A stretch of 64,000 nt of DNA from Streptosporangiaceae bacterium (GTDB taxonomy: Bacteria > Actinomycetota > Actinomycetes > Streptosporangiales > Streptosporangiaceae): NCBI GenBank assembly GCA_035484155.1, contig DATHPF010000056.1, positions 3,291-67,290 on the forward strand. The letters run 5' to 3'. This document shows positions 47,166 through 59,912 of the stretch, piece after piece (within the stretch, counting starts at the first letter, position 1; the number at the start of each line of letters is the position of its first letter). The notes beneath the pieces are model-generated. The model worked only from the letters and a program-made list of their open reading frames with translations, was not told the origin of the DNA and did no database searches. A program made the position numbers and the translations under genes.

Positions 47166-48551
47166 TCAGACCTCCTTCGTATCGTCGCTGGTCACAGCGG
47201 CCAGGATCGACTCACCGGGGCTGGCACTGCCGATGCCGTGGTAATGCGGTAGATCCAAAGCCGGAGTTGGGAACGGGGCCGCCGGCGGTGCTTCGTCGCC
47301 GTCCGCCTCGCGCTCGTCCGCGGCCTCCTGGGCCAGGCGTTCAGCCCGCTCCGCCGACGGCTCGAAGCGCCACAGCAACGCCAGCAGGACCACGACGATC
47401 AGGCCAGCGATGATGTACACCGGCGCGCTGCCGCCCTGGCGCCGATAGACCCGCGCGGTAGCCACCACGAGCGTCCAGGCGAGCCCGCCAGGGATGAGGA
47501 CCTTCCAGCCAAGCTTCATGAGCTGGTCGTACCGGATGCGCGGCAGCGAGGCTCGCAGCCAGAAGAACACGAACACAAACGTGACGACCTTGCCCAGGAA
47601 CCACAGCACTGGCCACCAGCCGCTGTCCGCGCCCGACCACACGCTGATCGGCCACGGTGCCCGCCAGCCGCCGAGGAAGAGCGTGGTCGCGAGCGCGGAG
47701 ACGGTGATCACGGCGCAGTACTCGGCGAGCTGGATCATCGCGAACTTCAGCGAGGAGTACTCGGTGTGGTAGCCGCCCACCAGTTCGCCCTCGCCCTCGG
47801 GCAGGTCGAACGGCAGCCGGTTGGTCTCCCCGACCATGGTGATGAGGTAGATCACGAAGGATGGCAGCAGCAAGACCGCGTACCAGGATGGCCAGTGCCA
47901 GATGTAGCCGAAGAAGTTGAAGGCCGCGCCGTGGATCTGGCTTGAGACGATGTCCGACGTCGACAGCGAGCCCGCGTAGAGGAAGACCGGCACGAACGAC
48001 AGGCTCATGGCGATCTCGTAGCTGATCACCTGCGCGGACGACCGAAGCCCGCCGAGCAGCGAGTACGGCGACTGAGAAGACCATCCGGCGAGCACGATGC
48101 CGTACACGCCCAGCGAGCTCATCGCCAGCACCAGCAGTACCGCGACTGGCAGGTCGGTGAGCTGGAGCGGCGTCCGGTGGCCGCCAATCGAGACGATCGG
48201 CCCCCACGGGATGATCGCGAAGCTGATGAACGCCGGGATCACCGATATCGCCGGGGCGATCACGAACAGCAGCCTGTCCACGCCGCGCGGCACGATGTCT
48301 TCCATCAGCGCGAGCTTGACACCGTCCATGAGCGACTGCAGCAGGCCGAACTTCCCCGCCCTGTTGGGTCCGGGACGCTGCTGCATCCGGCCGATGATGC
48401 GGCGCTCGGCCCAGATCGCGATCAGCGTGCCAAGCAGGAGGAACAGGAAGACGATGAGGACCTTGATGACAACGATCCACCACGGGTCATGCCCGAAGCT
48501 GGCCAGTGTCGGAACGTTGCTGGCTGGCGTCGCGGCAGCTATGCCAGTCAT
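47166..48551 (-). CDS. nuoH: NADH-quinone oxidoreductase subunit H
   Basis: '[17 protein letters not shown]' and '[21 protein letters not shown]'. Acidic C-terminal extension. Confidence 0.92.
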   Translation of the reverse strand: MTGIAAATPASNVPTLASFGHDPWWIVVIKVLIVFLFLLLGTLIAIWAERRIIGRMQQRPGPNRAGKFGLLQSLMDGVKLALMEDIVPRGVDRLLFVIAPAISVIPAFISFAIIPWGPIVSIGGHRTPLQLTDLPVAVLLVLAMSSLGVYGIVLAGWSSQSPYSLLGGLRSSAQVISYEIAMSLSFVPVFLYAGSLSTSDIVSSQIHGAAFNFFGYIWHWPSWYAVLLLPSFVIYLITMVGETNRLPFDLPEGEGELVGGYHTEYSSLKFAMIQLAEYCAVITVSALATTLFLGGWRAPWPISVWSGADSGWWPVLWFLGKVVTFVFVFFWLRASLPRIRYDQLMKLGWKVLIPGGLAWTLVVATARVYRRQGGSAPVYIIAGLIVVVLLALLWRFEPSAERAERLAQEAADEREADGDEAPPAAPFPTPALDLPHYHGIGSASPGESILAAVTSDDTKEV

Positions 48552-51022
48552 TCCGCGCTCCTCACAGGTTCCCCGCTGCTGATCGAGACGACCGAGCCAT
48601 GGCCTGCCCGCAGCGCCGACCGGACTTGACTTCCGGCCGAGTTGGCCGGGAGCCAGACGACGCGGTCAGGCATATCTGCGATCTCCACGGGAACAGTTAT
48701 TGCGCCGTGACGGGTTGCCACGGTGACCTTGCCGCCATCGGCTGTGCCGGCTTCCGCCGCGGTGGCGGCGGACATCCGCGCAACGGCGGCGCGCGCAGTG
48801 CCGGCGAGATTCGGCTCGCCGTCCTGCAGCCTGCCGACGTCGAGGAGATTATGCCAGGTGGCCAGCAGGGCGTGCCCCGGCCCCGGATGCTCAAGCCCCA
48901 GCTGGCTGATCTGACCGTGAGGCGCCTGGTCGGCGGCCTGCAGGCTGTACCGGCCAGGGGTGGGCTGGCCGAGTGTGGGTGACAGGGCGGGCGACTGCGT
49001 CAGCATGGTGAGTTCGCGACGGGCCGCGGCCGCGTCGGGCAGGCCGAGGTGCACGTCCATCTCGTCGGCAAGCGCGGCCAGCACCTCGAGGTCGGTGCGG
49101 AGCGACGGGACCGGCAGCGCGGCGGTGAACGAACCTGGCCGGCCCTCCCAGTTCACGAAGGTGCCCTGTTTCTCGGCCACCGCTGCGACGGGGAAGACCA
49201 CATCGGCCCGGTCAGTGACCGCGCTGACCCGCAGCTCCAGACTCACCACGAAGCCAGCGGTCTCGATGGCGGCCAGCGCGGCTGCCGGATCGGGCAGGTC
49301 ACGAGGGTCGACGCCGGCAATGAGCAGCGCCTGGATGTCGCCGCGGCCAGCGGCCGCGAGTATCTCAGTCGTGCTGAGGCCAGGGTAGCTCGGCACCGAG
49401 GCGACACCCCAGGCCCGCGCGATCTCGCCGCCGGCCTCGGCCGTGCCGAGACGGCGGGCGCCTGGCAGCAGGTTCGGCAGCGCACCGGCCTCGATCGCGC
49501 CGCGCTCGCCGGCCCGGCGGGGAATCCAGGCGAGCCGGGCACCGGTCCGCTCGGCGAGCCGGACGGCTGCGGACAGTGCGCCGGGCACCTCGGCCAGCCG
49601 CTCGCCGACCAGGATCACTGCCCCTGGCTTGCGCAGCGCGGCCGCGACGTCGGCGGCTCCTGGTTCTGTGTCCGCGAGGGCGGTGAGAGCAGCCGCCTCG
49701 GCTCCCGGCACCGTCGGCAGCAGGGTGCCGGAGAGCTTGGTCAGGCCGAGGCTGGCGAGGGCCGCGAGCGAGTACACCGCCATGCCGCGGTGCCGGACCG
49801 CCTTACGCAGCCGGAGGAAGACGATGGGGCACTCGTCCTCGGGCTCGAAGCCAGCCAGCAGCACCGCCGGGGCCTGCTCGAGCTCGGCGTAGGTCAGGTT
49901 CACCCGCCCTGCGACGTGATCGGCGAGGAACTGAAGCTCCTCGGCCGAGTGCGGCCTGGCCCGCATGTCGATGTCGTTAGTGGCCAGCGCGACCCGCGCG
50001 AACTTGGCGTAGGCGTAGGCGTCCTCGAGCGTCAGCCGGCCGCCTGGCAGCACGCCGGCCCGGCCCCGCGCCGCCAGCAGACCGCGCGCCGCAACTGCAA
50101 GGGCCTCCGGCCACGAGGCCGGCTGGAGGACACCGCGCTCATCGCGGACCAGCGGGCTGACCAGCCGGTCGGGCTGGGTTGCGTAGGTAAAAGCCCAGCG
50201 GCCCTTGTCGCAGTTCCATTCCTCGTTGACCGCGGGCTCATTGCCGGCCAGGCGCCTGGTCACGACGCCACGGCGGTGGTCGGTGCGCTGGCGGCAGCCC
50301 GCCGCGCAGTGCTCGCATACGCTCGGGGTGGACACCAGGTCGAAGGGCCGGGCCCGGAACCGGTAGGACGCCCCGGTCAGCGCGCCGACGGGGCAGATCT
50401 GCACGGTGTTACCGGCGAAGTAGGAGTCAAACGGCACGCCCTCGGCGACGCCGACCTGCTCCTGCGGTCCGCGGTCGAGCAGCTCGATGAGCGGGTCGCC
50501 GGCAATCTCGTCGGCGAACCTCGTGCACCTGGCGCACTGTATGCACCGCTCGCGGTCCAGCAGCACATTGGCGGACAGGGCGATGGGCTTGGGGAACGTA
50601 CGCTTGGCGCCGAAGAACCTGGTCTCGCCCTGGCCAGTGGACATCGCCTGATTCTGAAGCGGGCACTCCCCGCCCTTGTCGCACATCGGGCAGTCGAGCG
50701 GGTGGTTGACCAGCAGCAGTTCCATCATGCCGCGCTGCGCCTTCTCCGCAACCGGCGAAGTCAGCTGGGTCCTGACCACCATGCCGTCGGTCACCGTGGT
50801 GGTACAGGAGGCCGGCGGCTTGGGCTGACCCTCGACCTGCACCAGGCACTGCCGGCAGGCGCCGATCGGAGCAAGCAGCGGGTGGTCGCAGAACCTCGGG
50901 ATCTGGATGCCGAGCTGCTCGGCGGCCCGGATGATCAGTGTGCCCTTCGGCACGGTGATCTCGAATCCGTCGATGGTGACCTTGACGCCGTCGGCAGGGC
51001 CGGTCGCGGGCTGCACTGTCAT
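48548..51022 (-). CDS. nuoG: NADH-quinone oxidoreductase subunit G
   Basis: 2Fe-2S '[15 protein letters not shown]' and 4Fe-4S '[17 protein letters not shown]'. Molybdopterin-like domain. 824 aa. Confidence 0.92.
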   Translation of the reverse strand: MTVQPATGPADGVKVTIDGFEITVPKGTLIIRAAEQLGIQIPRFCDHPLLAPIGACRQCLVQVEGQPKPPASCTTTVTDGMVVRTQLTSPVAEKAQRGMMELLLVNHPLDCPMCDKGGECPLQNQAMSTGQGETRFFGAKRTFPKPIALSANVLLDRERCIQCARCTRFADEIAGDPLIELLDRGPQEQVGVAEGVPFDSYFAGNTVQICPVGALTGASYRFRARPFDLVSTPSVCEHCAAGCRQRTDHRRGVVTRRLAGNEPAVNEEWNCDKGRWAFTYATQPDRLVSPLVRDERGVLQPASWPEALAVAARGLLAARGRAGVLPGGRLTLEDAYAYAKFARVALATNDIDMRARPHSAEELQFLADHVAGRVNLTYAELEQAPAVLLAGFEPEDECPIVFLRLRKAVRHRGMAVYSLAALASLGLTKLSGTLLPTVPGAEAAALTALADTEPGAADVAAALRKPGAVILVGERLAEVPGALSAAVRLAERTGARLAWIPRRAGERGAIEAGALPNLLPGARRLGTAEAGGEIARAWGVASVPSYPGLSTTEILAAAGRGDIQALLIAGVDPRDLPDPAAALAAIETAGFVVSLELRVSAVTDRADVVFPVAAVAEKQGTFVNWEGRPGSFTAALPVPSLRTDLEVLAALADEMDVHLGLPDAAAARRELTMLTQSPALSPTLGQPTPGRYSLQAADQAPHGQISQLGLEHPGPGHALLATWHNLLDVGRLQDGEPNLAGTARAAVARMSAATAAEAGTADGGKVTVATRHGAITVPVEIADMPDRVVWLPANSAGSQVRSALRAGHGSVVSISSGEPVRSAE

Positions 51023-52326
51023 CGGGCCGACTCCAAGGCAAAGAGGGTCGAGGCGGCCGGGTCGAACGGACAGCCGCCGAGGCGCTGGTGCTCGATGTAC
51101 TCGTCGCGGAAGTACTTGATCGACGAGGTGACCGGCGCCTGGATCGAGTCGCCCAGCGCACAGAACGAGCGGCCGGTGATGTTGTCGCAGATGTCGAGCA
51201 GCTTGTCCAGGTCGGCGTCGCTGCCCTGGCCAGCCTCAAGCTCCTGCAGCAGCTGGACCACCCAGTAGCTGCCCTCACGGCACGGGGTGCACTTGCCGCA
51301 CGACTCGTGCTCGTAGAACTCGACCCAGCGGAGCGTGACCCGGACCACGCAGGTGGTCTCGTCGAACAGCTGGATCGAGCGCGTTCCGAGCATCGACCCG
51401 GCGGCGGCCACTGACTCGTAATCCAGCGGCACGTCCAGCTGCTGCTCGGTGAACAGGGGCGTGGACGAGCCGCCAGGGGTCCAGAACTTCAGCCGGTGCC
51501 CCGCCCTGATACCGCCCGCCAGGTCAAGCAGCTCGCGCAGCGTGGTGCCGAGCGGCGCCTCGTACTGGCCTGGAGTCGTGACATGACCGGACAGCGAGAA
51601 CAGCCCGAAGCCCTTCGACTTCTCGGTGCCGAAGCGGGCGAAGTCCGCGGCACCGTACTGAAGGATGTACGGCACGGAGGCGATCGACTCGACGTTGTTG
51701 ACGACGGTCGGGCAGGCGTACAGGCCGGCCACCGCCGGGAAGGGCGGCTTGAGCCTGGGCTGGCCGCGGAACCCCTCCAGCGAATCGAGCAGCGCCGTCT
51801 CCTCGCCGCAGATATAAGCCCCGGCGCCCGCGTGCACCACCACGTCCAGGTTCAGGCCCGAGCCGAGGATGTTCGCACCCAGATAGCCGGCCTCCTGCGC
51901 CTCGGCCACGGCGTACTGGAGCCGCCTCACCACGTGGAGTACCTCGCCCCGCACGTAGATGAACGCCCGCTCGGCCCTGATCGCGTAGCAGGCGATGATG
52001 GCGCCCTCGATCAGTGCGTGCGGGTTGTTCAGCAGCGTCGGCATGTCCTTGCAGGCGCCAGGCTCTGACTCATCCGCGTTGACGACGAGGTAGTGCGGCT
52101 TGCCGTCGCCCTGCGGGATGAAGCCCCACTTCATCCCGGTCGGAAAACCGGCCCCGCCGCGTCCGCGCAGAGCCGAGTCCTTGAGGGTCTGGATCACCTG
52201 ATCAGGCTGCATCGCCAGGGCCTTAGGCAGGGCCTGGTATCCGCCGTGGCGCTTGTAGCCGGCCAGGGTAAAGGAGTCGGGGTCGTCCCAGAAAGCGCTG
52301 AGCTCGGGGATGAGGATCGTCGACAC
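51019..52326 (-). CDS. nuoF: NADH-quinone oxidoreductase subunit F
   Basis: FMN/NADH motif '[19 protein letters not shown]' and 4Fe-4S '[12 protein letters not shown]'. Confidence 0.93.
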   Translation of the reverse strand: MSTILIPELSAFWDDPDSFTLAGYKRHGGYQALPKALAMQPDQVIQTLKDSALRGRGGAGFPTGMKWGFIPQGDGKPHYLVVNADESEPGACKDMPTLLNNPHALIEGAIIACYAIRAERAFIYVRGEVLHVVRRLQYAVAEAQEAGYLGANILGSGLNLDVVVHAGAGAYICGEETALLDSLEGFRGQPRLKPPFPAVAGLYACPTVVNNVESIASVPYILQYGAADFARFGTEKSKGFGLFSLSGHVTTPGQYEAPLGTTLRELLDLAGGIRAGHRLKFWTPGGSSTPLFTEQQLDVPLDYESVAAAGSMLGTRSIQLFDETTCVVRVTLRWVEFYEHESCGKCTPCREGSYWVVQLLQELEAGQGSDADLDKLLDICDNITGRSFCALGDSIQAPVTSSIKYFRDEYIEHQRLGGCPFDPAASTLFALESAR

Positions 52327-53024
52327 TACTGCTTGCCTCCAGCACCGGTACTTGCACCGTCGTCAGTACGTGCACCGTCGGGCGTCCAGCCCTGCTCCTT
52401 GGCGATGCGCAGGCCCGCCAGCGTCGCGGGTCCGGCGGTGTGCCCTTCGGCCGCCTGACCATCGGGGAAACCGGCCAGGATCTTCGACGCCTGCTTCCAG
52501 GTGCACAGCCGCGGCGCGCCGCGCGTGGGCTTGACCTCCGCGCCTGCCCGCAGTCCGTCGACCAGATCGCGCGCCGACTGCGGTGTCATGTCGTCGAAGA
52601 ACTCCCAGTTGACCATCACCACCGGCGCGTAGTCGCAGGCCGCATTGCACTCCACGTGCTCGTAGCTGACCTTGCCGTCCGGCGTGACCTCGTCGAGGCC
52701 GACGCCCAGGTGGTCTTTGAGGTCCGCCAGGATCGCGTCGCCGCCCATGACGCCGCACAACGCGGTCGTGCAGACACCGACGTGGTACTCGCCGATCGGC
52801 TTGCGCTTGTACATCGTGTAGAACGACACCACGCCGGTGACGTCTGCCTCGGTCAGGCCGAGCTGGTCGGCACAGTACTCAATGCCGTCCTGCGACACGT
52901 AGCCCTCCTCGGACTGCACCAGGTGCAGCAGCGGCAGCAGGGCCGAGCGTGTCTTCGGGTATCGCTCGATGATCTCGGCGGCTTGCGGTGCAAGCCTGGC
53001 CCGCGCCTCGTCGCTGAGCGCCAT
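52326..53024 (-). CDS. nuoE: NADH-quinone oxidoreductase subunit E
   Basis: 'ERYPKTRSALLPLLHLVQ', 'VGVCTTALCG', 'ECNAACDYAP'. Start trimmed to ATG 53024 (TAATG overlap with the nuoD stop). Confidence 0.9.
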   Translation of the reverse strand: MALSDEARARLAPQAAEIIERYPKTRSALLPLLHLVQSEEGYVSQDGIEYCADQLGLTEADVTGVVSFYTMYKRKPIGEYHVGVCTTALCGVMGGDAILADLKDHLGVGLDEVTPDGKVSYEHVECNAACDYAPVVMVNWEFFDDMTPQSARDLVDGLRAGAEVKPTRGAPRLCTWKQASKILAGFPDGQAAEGHTAGPATLAGLRIAKEQGWTPDGARTDDGASTGAGGKQ

Positions 53025-54415
53025 TACCTGTCCACGCCTCCCAACACGGGATCGATGCTCGCGACCGCAGCGATGACGTCGGCGATCATGCCGCCCTCGC
53101 ACATCACCGAAACCGACTGAAGGTTGGTGAAGGATGGATCCCGGAAGTGCACCCGGTACGGCCGCGTGCCGCCGTCGCTGACGGCGTGGCAGCCGAGTTC
53201 GCCGCGCGGCGACTCCACAGCCGCGTATACCTGACCGGCAGGTACCCGGAAGCCCTCGGTGACCAGCTTGAAGTGGTGGATCAGGGCTTCCATCGACTGG
53301 CTCATGATGTGCGCGATGTGGTCGGGCGAGTTGCCCAGGCCGTCCGGGCCGAGGGCCAGTTTCGCTGGCCAGCCGATTTTGGCATCGCCGATCATCACCG
53401 GCTGCCCAGCCGACTCGGCTAGGCGGTCTACGCACTGGCCGATGATCCGCAGCGACTGGTCAAGCTCGTCCATCCGCACCTGGTACCGGCCGAAGGCGTC
53501 GGCGCTGGTCCGGACCGGCACGTCGAAGTCGTAGGTCTCATAGCCGCAATACGGCTGGCTCTTGCGCAGGTCCCAGGGCAGCCCCGCGGCACGCAGGATG
53601 GGGCCGGTGACGCCTAGCGATATGCAGCCGGTCACGTCGAGATAGGCAATGTTCCTGGTCCTGGCCAAAAACGCGGGGGCGGCGTCGAAGAGCGCCCGGA
53701 TCTCGCCGAGCAGGCCCGGCATGATGCGCACGTACTCGCGCAGGCGCTCCAGCGCGCCGGCCGGCAGGTCCTGTGCGACGCCACCTGGCCGGATGAAGCC
53801 GTGGTTCATCCGCAGCCCCGTGATGAGCTCCAAGATGTCGAGCGTCTTTTCCCGCTCCCGCATGCCGTAGATGAATACCGTCGTCGCGCCCAGCTCCAGG
53901 CCCATCGTCCCGACTGCGGTCAGGTGCGAGCCGATCCGGTTCAGCTCCATGAGCAGCACCCGGATGACGGTGGCCCGGTCCGGAATCTCCGCGGTGATGC
54001 CGAGCAGCTTCTCGACGGCCAGGCAGTACGCGGTCTCGTTGAACAGCGGCGACAGGTAGTCCATCCGGGTGCAGAACGTGACGCCCTGCGTCCAGCTACG
54101 GAACTCCATGTTTTTTTCGATGCCGGTGTGCAGGTATCCGATCACCGGCCGCAGCTCCGTCACGGTCTCACCGTCCAGAGTCACCACCAGCCGGAGCACG
54201 CCGTGCGTGGACGGATGCTGCGGGCCCATGTTGACGACCATGCGCTCGTCGCCGGGCCTGTCGTCGCCGACGGCCGCGGTGACAACCTCGTCCCAGTCCG
54301 CGCCGCTGACGTGGTAAACGCGGCCCTCGTCGTATTCGTCGTAGCTGGCTTCGTCGCCGCCGGCCGTGCCGGTGGATGTGGCGCCGTGGCTCTGATGATC
54401 AGCCGAGGCCGTCAT
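53024..54415 (-). CDS. nuoD: NADH-quinone oxidoreductase subunit D
   Basis: '[15 protein letters not shown]' and 'HRAAGL'-type '[13 protein letters not shown]'. C-terminus 'DPVLGGVDR'. Confidence 0.93.
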   Translation of the reverse strand: MTASADHQSHGATSTGTAGGDEASYDEYDEGRVYHVSGADWDEVVTAAVGDDRPGDERMVVNMGPQHPSTHGVLRLVVTLDGETVTELRPVIGYLHTGIEKNMEFRSWTQGVTFCTRMDYLSPLFNETAYCLAVEKLLGITAEIPDRATVIRVLLMELNRIGSHLTAVGTMGLELGATTVFIYGMREREKTLDILELITGLRMNHGFIRPGGVAQDLPAGALERLREYVRIMPGLLGEIRALFDAAPAFLARTRNIAYLDVTGCISLGVTGPILRAAGLPWDLRKSQPYCGYETYDFDVPVRTSADAFGRYQVRMDELDQSLRIIGQCVDRLAESAGQPVMIGDAKIGWPAKLALGPDGLGNSPDHIAHIMSQSMEALIHHFKLVTEGFRVPAGQVYAAVESPRGELGCHAVSDGGTRPYRVHFRDPSFTNLQSVSVMCEGGMIADVIAAVASIDPVLGGVDR

Positions 54416-55185
54416 TCGTAGGACCTCCGCTCATCGGGCGGCGGTATGGTCGCGCCGCGGTACTCCACCGGGATGCCGCCGAGGGGGTAGTCCTTCCGCT
54501 GCGGGTGCCCGCGCCAGTCGTCGGGCATCTCGATCCTGGTCAGGGCGGGGTGGCCGTCGAAGATCAGGCCGAAGAAATCCCATGTCTCGCGCTCGTGGAA
54601 GTTGCAGGTGGGGTAGATATCGACCAACGACGGCACGTGCGGATCAGCGTCCGGCACCGTCACTTCAACCCGGAGCCTGCGGTTGTGGGTAATCGACAGC
54701 AAGTGGTAGACGGCGCGCAGCTCCTCGCCCGCCTCAGCCGGATAGTGCACGCCAGAGACGCCTAGGCACATCTCGAACGCCAGCGTGGGCTCATCTCGCA
54801 GCTTCGACGCGACCGCCCTGAGCTGCTCGCGCCGGACATAGAAGGTGAGGTCCCCGTTGGCGACGACGACCTGCTCGACCGCTGCGGCGAAAGACGAGCC
54901 ATCGGCCGTCAGCGCGGCATCGAGATTGTCGGCGATCTCGTCGAAATAGGAGCCGTACGGACGCGGGCTCGGAAGCCGGGGCGCCCGGCGCACCTGCAGG
55001 CCGCCGTAGCCGGAGGTGTCGCCCGTCGTCAAGGTACCGAACATGCCGGTCCTGGCCACCTGCTCGGCGAGCCGGTCCCGGCCGGCCAGCGCGGCCGGGT
55101 CGGGCACGGCGGTACTGCCCTGGGACGGGCTGCTCTCGGATTGGCTGGCCTGGGATCCCGGTGCCTGGTCGTCGCGCTCCGTCAC
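54412..55185 (-). CDS. nuoC: NADH-quinone oxidoreductase subunit C
   Basis: '[18 protein letters not shown]', '[13 protein letters not shown]'. N-terminal low-complexity extension. Confidence 0.9.
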   Translation of the reverse strand: MTERDDQAPGSQASQSESSPSQGSTAVPDPAALAGRDRLAEQVARTGMFGTLTTGDTSGYGGLQVRRAPRLPSPRPYGSYFDEIADNLDAALTADGSSFAAAVEQVVVANGDLTFYVRREQLRAVASKLRDEPTLAFEMCLGVSGVHYPAEAGEELRAVYHLLSITHNRRLRVEVTVPDADPHVPSLVDIYPTCNFHERETWDFFGLIFDGHPALTRIEMPDDWRGHPQRKDYPLGGIPVEYRGATIPPPDERRSYE

Positions 55186-55817
55186 TGTGCTTCACCCAGG
55201 TCTGGGTCCTGAGCAGGCTGCTCGAGCAGGCCCAGCTGAATCCGCCCGCCCGGCTGCCCAATACCGGACGGCAGAGTTCCCCCGGCCGTGAGCGGCAGCC
55301 GCCGGAGCCTGGCATCCTCGAGCTCGGTCACCTGCTGCTCCCTGTTCACGCCGAGCTTCATGTTCTGGATCTTGTCGTGCAGCTTCACGATGGCGTCCAG
55401 CAGCATCTCCGGCCGGGGCGGGCAGCCTGGCAGGTAGATGTCGACCGGGACGATGTGGTCGACGCCCTGGACGATGGCGTAGTTGTTGAACATGCCGCCG
55501 CTGGAGGCGCAGACGCCCATCGAGATGACCCACTTGGGCTCGGACATCTGGTCGTAGATCTGCCGCAGTACCGGCGCCATCTTCTGGCTGACCCGGCCGG
55601 CGACGATCATGAGATCGGCCTGCCGGGGCGTGTTCGACGCCCGCTCCATGCCAAACCTGGCCAGGTCATGCCGGGGGCCGCCGGTGGCCATCAGCTCGAT
55701 GGCGCAGCACGCAAGACCGAACGTGGCCGGCCAGACCGAGCTCTTGCGCGCATAGCCGGCGAGCTTCTCGACCGATGTCAGCAGGATGCCGCTCGGCAGC
55801 TTTTCTTCAATTCCCAT
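55182..55817 (-). CDS. nuoB: NADH-quinone oxidoreductase subunit B
   Basis: 'FGLACCAIE', '[11 protein letters not shown]', 'LPGCPPRPE' (N2 cluster ligands). Confidence 0.93.
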   Translation of the reverse strand: MGIEEKLPSGILLTSVEKLAGYARKSSVWPATFGLACCAIELMATGGPRHDLARFGMERASNTPRQADLMIVAGRVSQKMAPVLRQIYDQMSEPKWVISMGVCASSGGMFNNYAIVQGVDHIVPVDIYLPGCPPRPEMLLDAIVKLHDKIQNMKLGVNREQQVTELEDARLRRLPLTAGGTLPSGIGQPGGRIQLGLLEQPAQDPDLGEAQ

Positions 55818-55820
55818 GGC

Positions 55821-56177
<357 letters not shown>

Positions 56178-56238
56178 CGAGCTGTCACCCCTTTATTTCC
56201 TGTGTCCGGATCGGCACTGTCTGGATAGGCATTGGCTG

Positions 56239-57606
56239 TTAGGCCGCCGGCGTCATCTTAGACACCGCGTTGATGAGCCGGTCCACGGCGTCACCACCAC
56301 GGGTCTCAGTCAGGTTGCCGAGCAGTTTCATGGTGAAGCGCATGATGTACGGGCGCTTCACGCCGTGGCGGGTGGCGAACTGCATGAACGATGGCTTGCC
56401 GATGAGCTCGACGAAAACGCGGCCGAGTGTGTAGTAGCCGCCGTAGGCCTCTTTGAGCTGCTGGGGATAGGTCTGCAGGACGCGCTCGCGGCCAGCTGCC
56501 GTCGGGCGCGCCAGCGCCTGGGTAATGACGCGGGCCGCCAGCTCCCCAGACTCCATGGCGTAGCCGATGCCCTCGCCGTTGAAGGGGTTCACCATGCCGC
56601 CGGCGTCACCGACCAGCAGCAGGCCGTTGGTGTAGTGCGGCGTCCGGTTGAAGCCCATGGGAAGGGCGGCACCGCGGACCGGCTGGGTCCGGTTCTCTTC
56701 GGTGAAACCCCATTCGGACGGCATCGCGCCCAGCCACTTGCGCAGCAGCTCGCGATAGTCGATCTCGCCGAACCCGGTCGAGGTGTTGAGCAGCCCGAGC
56801 CCGACGTTCGAGGTGCCGTCACCCATGCCGAAGATCCAGCCGTAGCCCGGCAGCAGCGAGCTGCCGTCCCACAGGTCGAGCCAGGCCTCGAGATAGTCGT
56901 CCTCGTGGCGGGGGGACGTGTAATAGGTGCGCACCGCGACCCCGAGCGGTCGGTCGTCTCGCTTGTGCAGGCCCATCGAGACAGAGAGCCGGGAGGAGTT
57001 GCCGTCGGCGGCGACCACGAGCCGTCCCCGGAACTGCTGGCCGTCCTTGGCGGTGACGCCGGTGATGCGGCCGGTCCGGTCGTCGAGCAGCGGACCGGTC
57101 ACGTTGACGCCCTCGAGCAGCCTGGCACCGGCCTTCTGCGCGTGCCTGGCCAGAATCTGGTCGAAGTCTGTCCTGGTGCGAACAAGCCCGTAGCCCGGGT
57201 AGCTCGACAGGTCGGGCCAGTCGAGCTCGATCCGGCCGCCGCCGCCGATGATCCGAAGGCCCTTGTTGCGCAGCCAGCCATCGGTCGCCGCGATCGGGAC
57301 CCCCATGCCGGTCAGCGCCTTGACCGCGCGGGGAGTCAGGCCGTCGCCGCAGACCTTCTCACGGGGAAAGGACGCCTTCTCCAGGACCAGCACATCCAGG
57401 CCGGCAGTGGCAAGGTAATAGGCGAGGGCTGAGCCGGCCGGCCCGGCGCCGACGACGATGACGTCGGCGCTGTCATCGGCCCTGGCGGAGCCGCTGGCGG
57501 CGGCGCGCACGCGGCTAGCCGCTGATGCGCGGACACGCACAGCACTGACCGGCTCATGCTGAGGGGCCAAGTCTCCGGTGCCGGCGGGGGGTACTTGCTC
57601 GGTCAC
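56239..57606 (-). CDS. Geranylgeranyl reductase family flavoprotein (menaquinone side-chain reductase-like)
   Basis: 'DVIVVGAGPAGSALAYYL' FAD motif, 'LVVAADGNSSRL', 'LLVGDAGGMVNPFNGEGI'. The GTG start is uncertain (long N-terminus). Confidence 0.88.
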   Translation of the reverse strand: MTEQVPPAGTGDLAPQHEPVSAVRVRASAASRVRAAASGSARADDSADVIVVGAGPAGSALAYYLATAGLDVLVLEKASFPREKVCGDGLTPRAVKALTGMGVPIAATDGWLRNKGLRIIGGGGRIELDWPDLSSYPGYGLVRTRTDFDQILARHAQKAGARLLEGVNVTGPLLDDRTGRITGVTAKDGQQFRGRLVVAADGNSSRLSVSMGLHKRDDRPLGVAVRTYYTSPRHEDDYLEAWLDLWDGSSLLPGYGWIFGMGDGTSNVGLGLLNTSTGFGEIDYRELLRKWLGAMPSEWGFTEENRTQPVRGAALPMGFNRTPHYTNGLLLVGDAGGMVNPFNGEGIGYAMESGELAARVITQALARPTAAGRERVLQTYPQQLKEAYGGYYTLGRVFVELIGKPSFMQFATRHGVKRPYIMRFTMKLLGNLTETRGGDAVDRLINAVSKMTPAA

Positions 57607-57624
57607 GGATCCGTCCTGATCTGT

Positions 57625-57644
57625 CTTGTGAACCTCTTCACAAG
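57625..57644. promoter_or_regulatory. Perfect inverted repeat CTTGTGAA-cctc-TTCACAAG, 19-38 nt upstream of the reductase start
   Basis: 8-bp arms with a 4-nt spacer, AT-richer than its surroundings. Operator-like or a small hairpin in the 5' UTR. Confidence 0.3.
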
Positions 57645-57739
57645 AGCTTTCGCTGTCGCAGTCTAGTCCCGGTGGCTCGCACCCGTTTCGCCGCCCCGCG
57701 GCAGGCAGACGGCGCAGGCAGAGCCACCCCGTTCCGTTT

Positions 57740-58459
57740 CTATAGTGGCACCGGCAGCCCGCCGCCGCCGCGCCGTGCCTCGTGCAGTGCCACGACGCCC
57801 AGCGTCAGGTTTCGCCAGCTCACCCCGGACCAGCCGGCTGCCGCGATCTTGCCAGCCAGCTCATGCTGTGGCGGCCACGCCCGGATCGACTCGGCGAGGT
57901 AGTCGTACGCCTCGGCATTGCCCGACAGCCGCCTGGCCACGAGCGGCAGCGCCCTGGTCAGGTACTGCTCGTACAGCGCGTTCAGCCGCGGCGACGGCAG
58001 GTGGCTGAACTCGCAGATGACCAGTCGGCCGCCCGGCCTGGTGACACGCAGCAGCTCAGCCAGCGCCTGCCCGGTGTCGGCCACGTTGCGCAGGCCGAAT
58101 GAGATCGTGACCACATCGAACACGCCGTCGCTGAATGGCAGGTCCAGGGCGTCGCCTGCCACGAAGCTCAGGCCTGCCGCTGGCCGGCGGGCGCCCACCG
58201 ACAGCATCCCGAACGAGAAGTCGCAAGCGACGCATCGGCCGCCGGCCCGGACGAACGCACGCGCTGACGTACCGGTGCCGGCCGCCAGGTCCAGCACTAC
58301 CTGGCCCGGCCCGCCACCGACAGCCCTGGCCACGACCTTGCGCCAGTGGCGGTCCATGCCCAGCGACAGCGCGTCGTTCAGCAGGTCGTAGCGGTCGGCG
58401 ACCTTGTCGAACATCGCCGAGACGTCGGCGGGCTTCTTGTCGAGCTGGGCGCGGGCCAT
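57740..58459 (-). CDS. menG: Demethylmenaquinone methyltransferase
   Basis: '[26 protein letters not shown]' and 'VLDLAAGTG'. Start trimmed to ATG 58459. Confidence 0.9.
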   Translation of the reverse strand: MARAQLDKKPADVSAMFDKVADRYDLLNDALSLGMDRHWRKVVARAVGGGPGQVVLDLAAGTGTSARAFVRAGGRCVACDFSFGMLSVGARRPAAGLSFVAGDALDLPFSDGVFDVVTISFGLRNVADTGQALAELLRVTRPGGRLVICEFSHLPSPRLNALYEQYLTRALPLVARRLSGNAEAYDYLAESIRAWPPQHELAGKIAAAGWSGVSWRNLTLGVVALHEARRGGGGLPVPL

Positions 58460-58554
58460 ACAGCAACCTTGGCATATGCCCTTATCCGCCGGACCGAACG
58501 GTCCTCGCGCCGGCCAGGACCCAGGCATCCCGCAGCTGGCCGTCGGCCAGCAAG

Positions 58555-59661
58555 TTAACCGACCGCGTGTCGGATCGCGCGCACTACCCGCACCTGCTGT
58601 TCCTCGGTGATCTGAGGGTACAGCGGCAGCGATAGCAGCTGCTTCGCCGCTGCCTCGGCGACGGGGAAGTCACCCGGCGCATAGCCTAGGTAGCGGAACG
58701 CCGGTTGCAGATGAATGGGCACTGGGTAGTGGATAGCCGCCTGTATGCCGCCGTCCTGGAGGCTACGGAGCACCTCATCCCTGTCCGGCACCCGCACCGT
58801 ATAGAGGTGCCACACATGCTCATTGCCGGGCGCTGTCCCTGGCAGGATGATGCCTGGCACGTCTTCGAGAAGCTCGGTGTACCGGCTCGCTGCCAGCCGC
58901 CTGGCGGAGTTACTGGCCGCCAGCCTGCGGAGTTTGGCGCGTAGCACAACTGCCTGAAATGCGTCCAGCCGGGAGTTGAATCCGATGGTCACGTGCTCGT
59001 ACCGGCGCTCCGACCCGTGGTCGCCTAGGAGCCGCACGCGTCGGGCGAGCTCGCCCGACTCGGTCAGCACCGCACCTGCATCGCCATAGGCGCCGAGATT
59101 CTTGCCCGGATAGAAGCTCACGCCTGCCAGTAGCCCGATCGAGGCCGGCGGCTTCCCGTCCTGGGTCGCACCATGCGCCTGGGCCGCGTCCTCAACTACG
59201 AATGCCCCGCGCCGGGCTGCCACGCTGGCGATGGCGTCCATCGGGGCCAGCTGCCCGAACAGGTGCACCGGGAGCACGACCTTCGTCTCCTCGCTCATAG
59301 CCGCCTCCAGGGAGCGCGGGTCGAGCAGGAGGTAGTCGGGATCCACATCCGCGAAGGCGGGCCGCCCGCCGGCCCGAACAACGGCCTCGGCAGTGGCCAC
59401 GAACGTATTGGCCGGCAGTACTACCTCGGCCCCGGCAGGAACCTCGGTTGCGCGCAAGGCCAGTTCGACGGCGTCAGTGCCGTTGGCCACGCCGATGCAA
59501 TGGGCCACCCGGGTAAATGCGGCGTATTCCCGCTCGAAAGCATCCGCCTCCGTACCCTTAATGAAGGCGGCGCTGGCCATCACGCTCTGAAGTCCGGTGC
59601 TGATTTCGGCCGCTACCTCGGCGTGCGCTGCGCGCAGGTCAACGAGCGGTATCGCGGTCAT
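58555..59661 (-). CDS. DegT/DnrJ/EryC1/StrS-family PLP sugar aminotransferase (WbpE-like)
   Basis: '[13 protein letters not shown]' and '[17 protein letters not shown]' (PLP lysine motif). ATG 59661 preferred over GTG 59682. Confidence 0.88.
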   Translation of the reverse strand: MTAIPLVDLRAAHAEVAAEISTGLQSVMASAAFIKGTEADAFEREYAAFTRVAHCIGVANGTDAVELALRATEVPAGAEVVLPANTFVATAEAVVRAGGRPAFADVDPDYLLLDPRSLEAAMSEETKVVLPVHLFGQLAPMDAIASVAARRGAFVVEDAAQAHGATQDGKPPASIGLLAGVSFYPGKNLGAYGDAGAVLTESGELARRVRLLGDHGSERRYEHVTIGFNSRLDAFQAVVLRAKLRRLAASNSARRLAASRYTELLEDVPGIILPGTAPGNEHVWHLYTVRVPDRDEVLRSLQDGGIQAAIHYPVPIHLQPAFRYLGYAPGDFPVAEAAAKQLLSLPLYPQITEEQQVRVVRAIRHAVG

Positions 59662-59691
59662 GCTGTCGGTACTACTACTCACCCTCGGGCC

Positions 59692-59703
59692 TCTATCGAT
59701 AGA
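59692..59703. promoter_or_regulatory. Perfect 12-bp palindrome TCTATCGATAGA in a divergent control region
   Basis: Read directly from the sequence. Lies 31 nt upstream of the aminotransferase ATG. Confidence 0.25.
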
Positions 59704-59900
59704 CGCGGTCAGCTCGCTTGAGATGTAGCGGGCTAGCGATGGTACTGCACAACCGCTGCAGTTCAGCGAGCAGCGAAGGCGCAGCGGCCGGTAGCTCGCA
59801 AAGCAGAGCGTAACGCCCAGGGTCTTGCCTTATGACCCGTAGCATCAGCAAGTATGCTGGTTTGCCGGTGCCCGAGGTCAGTACGAGGCAAGGGGAACCT

Positions 59901-59912
59901 GAGCGATCGCTC
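59901..59912. promoter_or_regulatory. Perfect 12-bp palindrome GAGCGATCGCTC in a divergent control region
   Basis: Read directly from the sequence. Lies 68 nt upstream of the acetyltransferase ATG. Confidence 0.25.

Noticed and set aside
49049-51268. Long antisense or alternate-frame ORFs (for example 49049-51268+, 55161-56228+, 56365-57432+, 16184-17173-, 2099-3097+, 10725-11780+, 13864-14931-)
   Set aside because: All lie opposite or overlapping genes with unmistakable family signatures. Their translations are Arg/Ala/Gly/Pro-rich with no recognisable motifs, the usual open-frame artefact of about 70% GC DNA.
52326-53435. 369-aa extended nuoE ORF, and similarly the 253-aa AraC ORF 6485-7246
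   Set aside because: The N-terminal extensions overlap nuoD (or a small membrane ORF) in another frame and have off-frame GC-rich composition. Internal ATGs give canonical protein N-termini.
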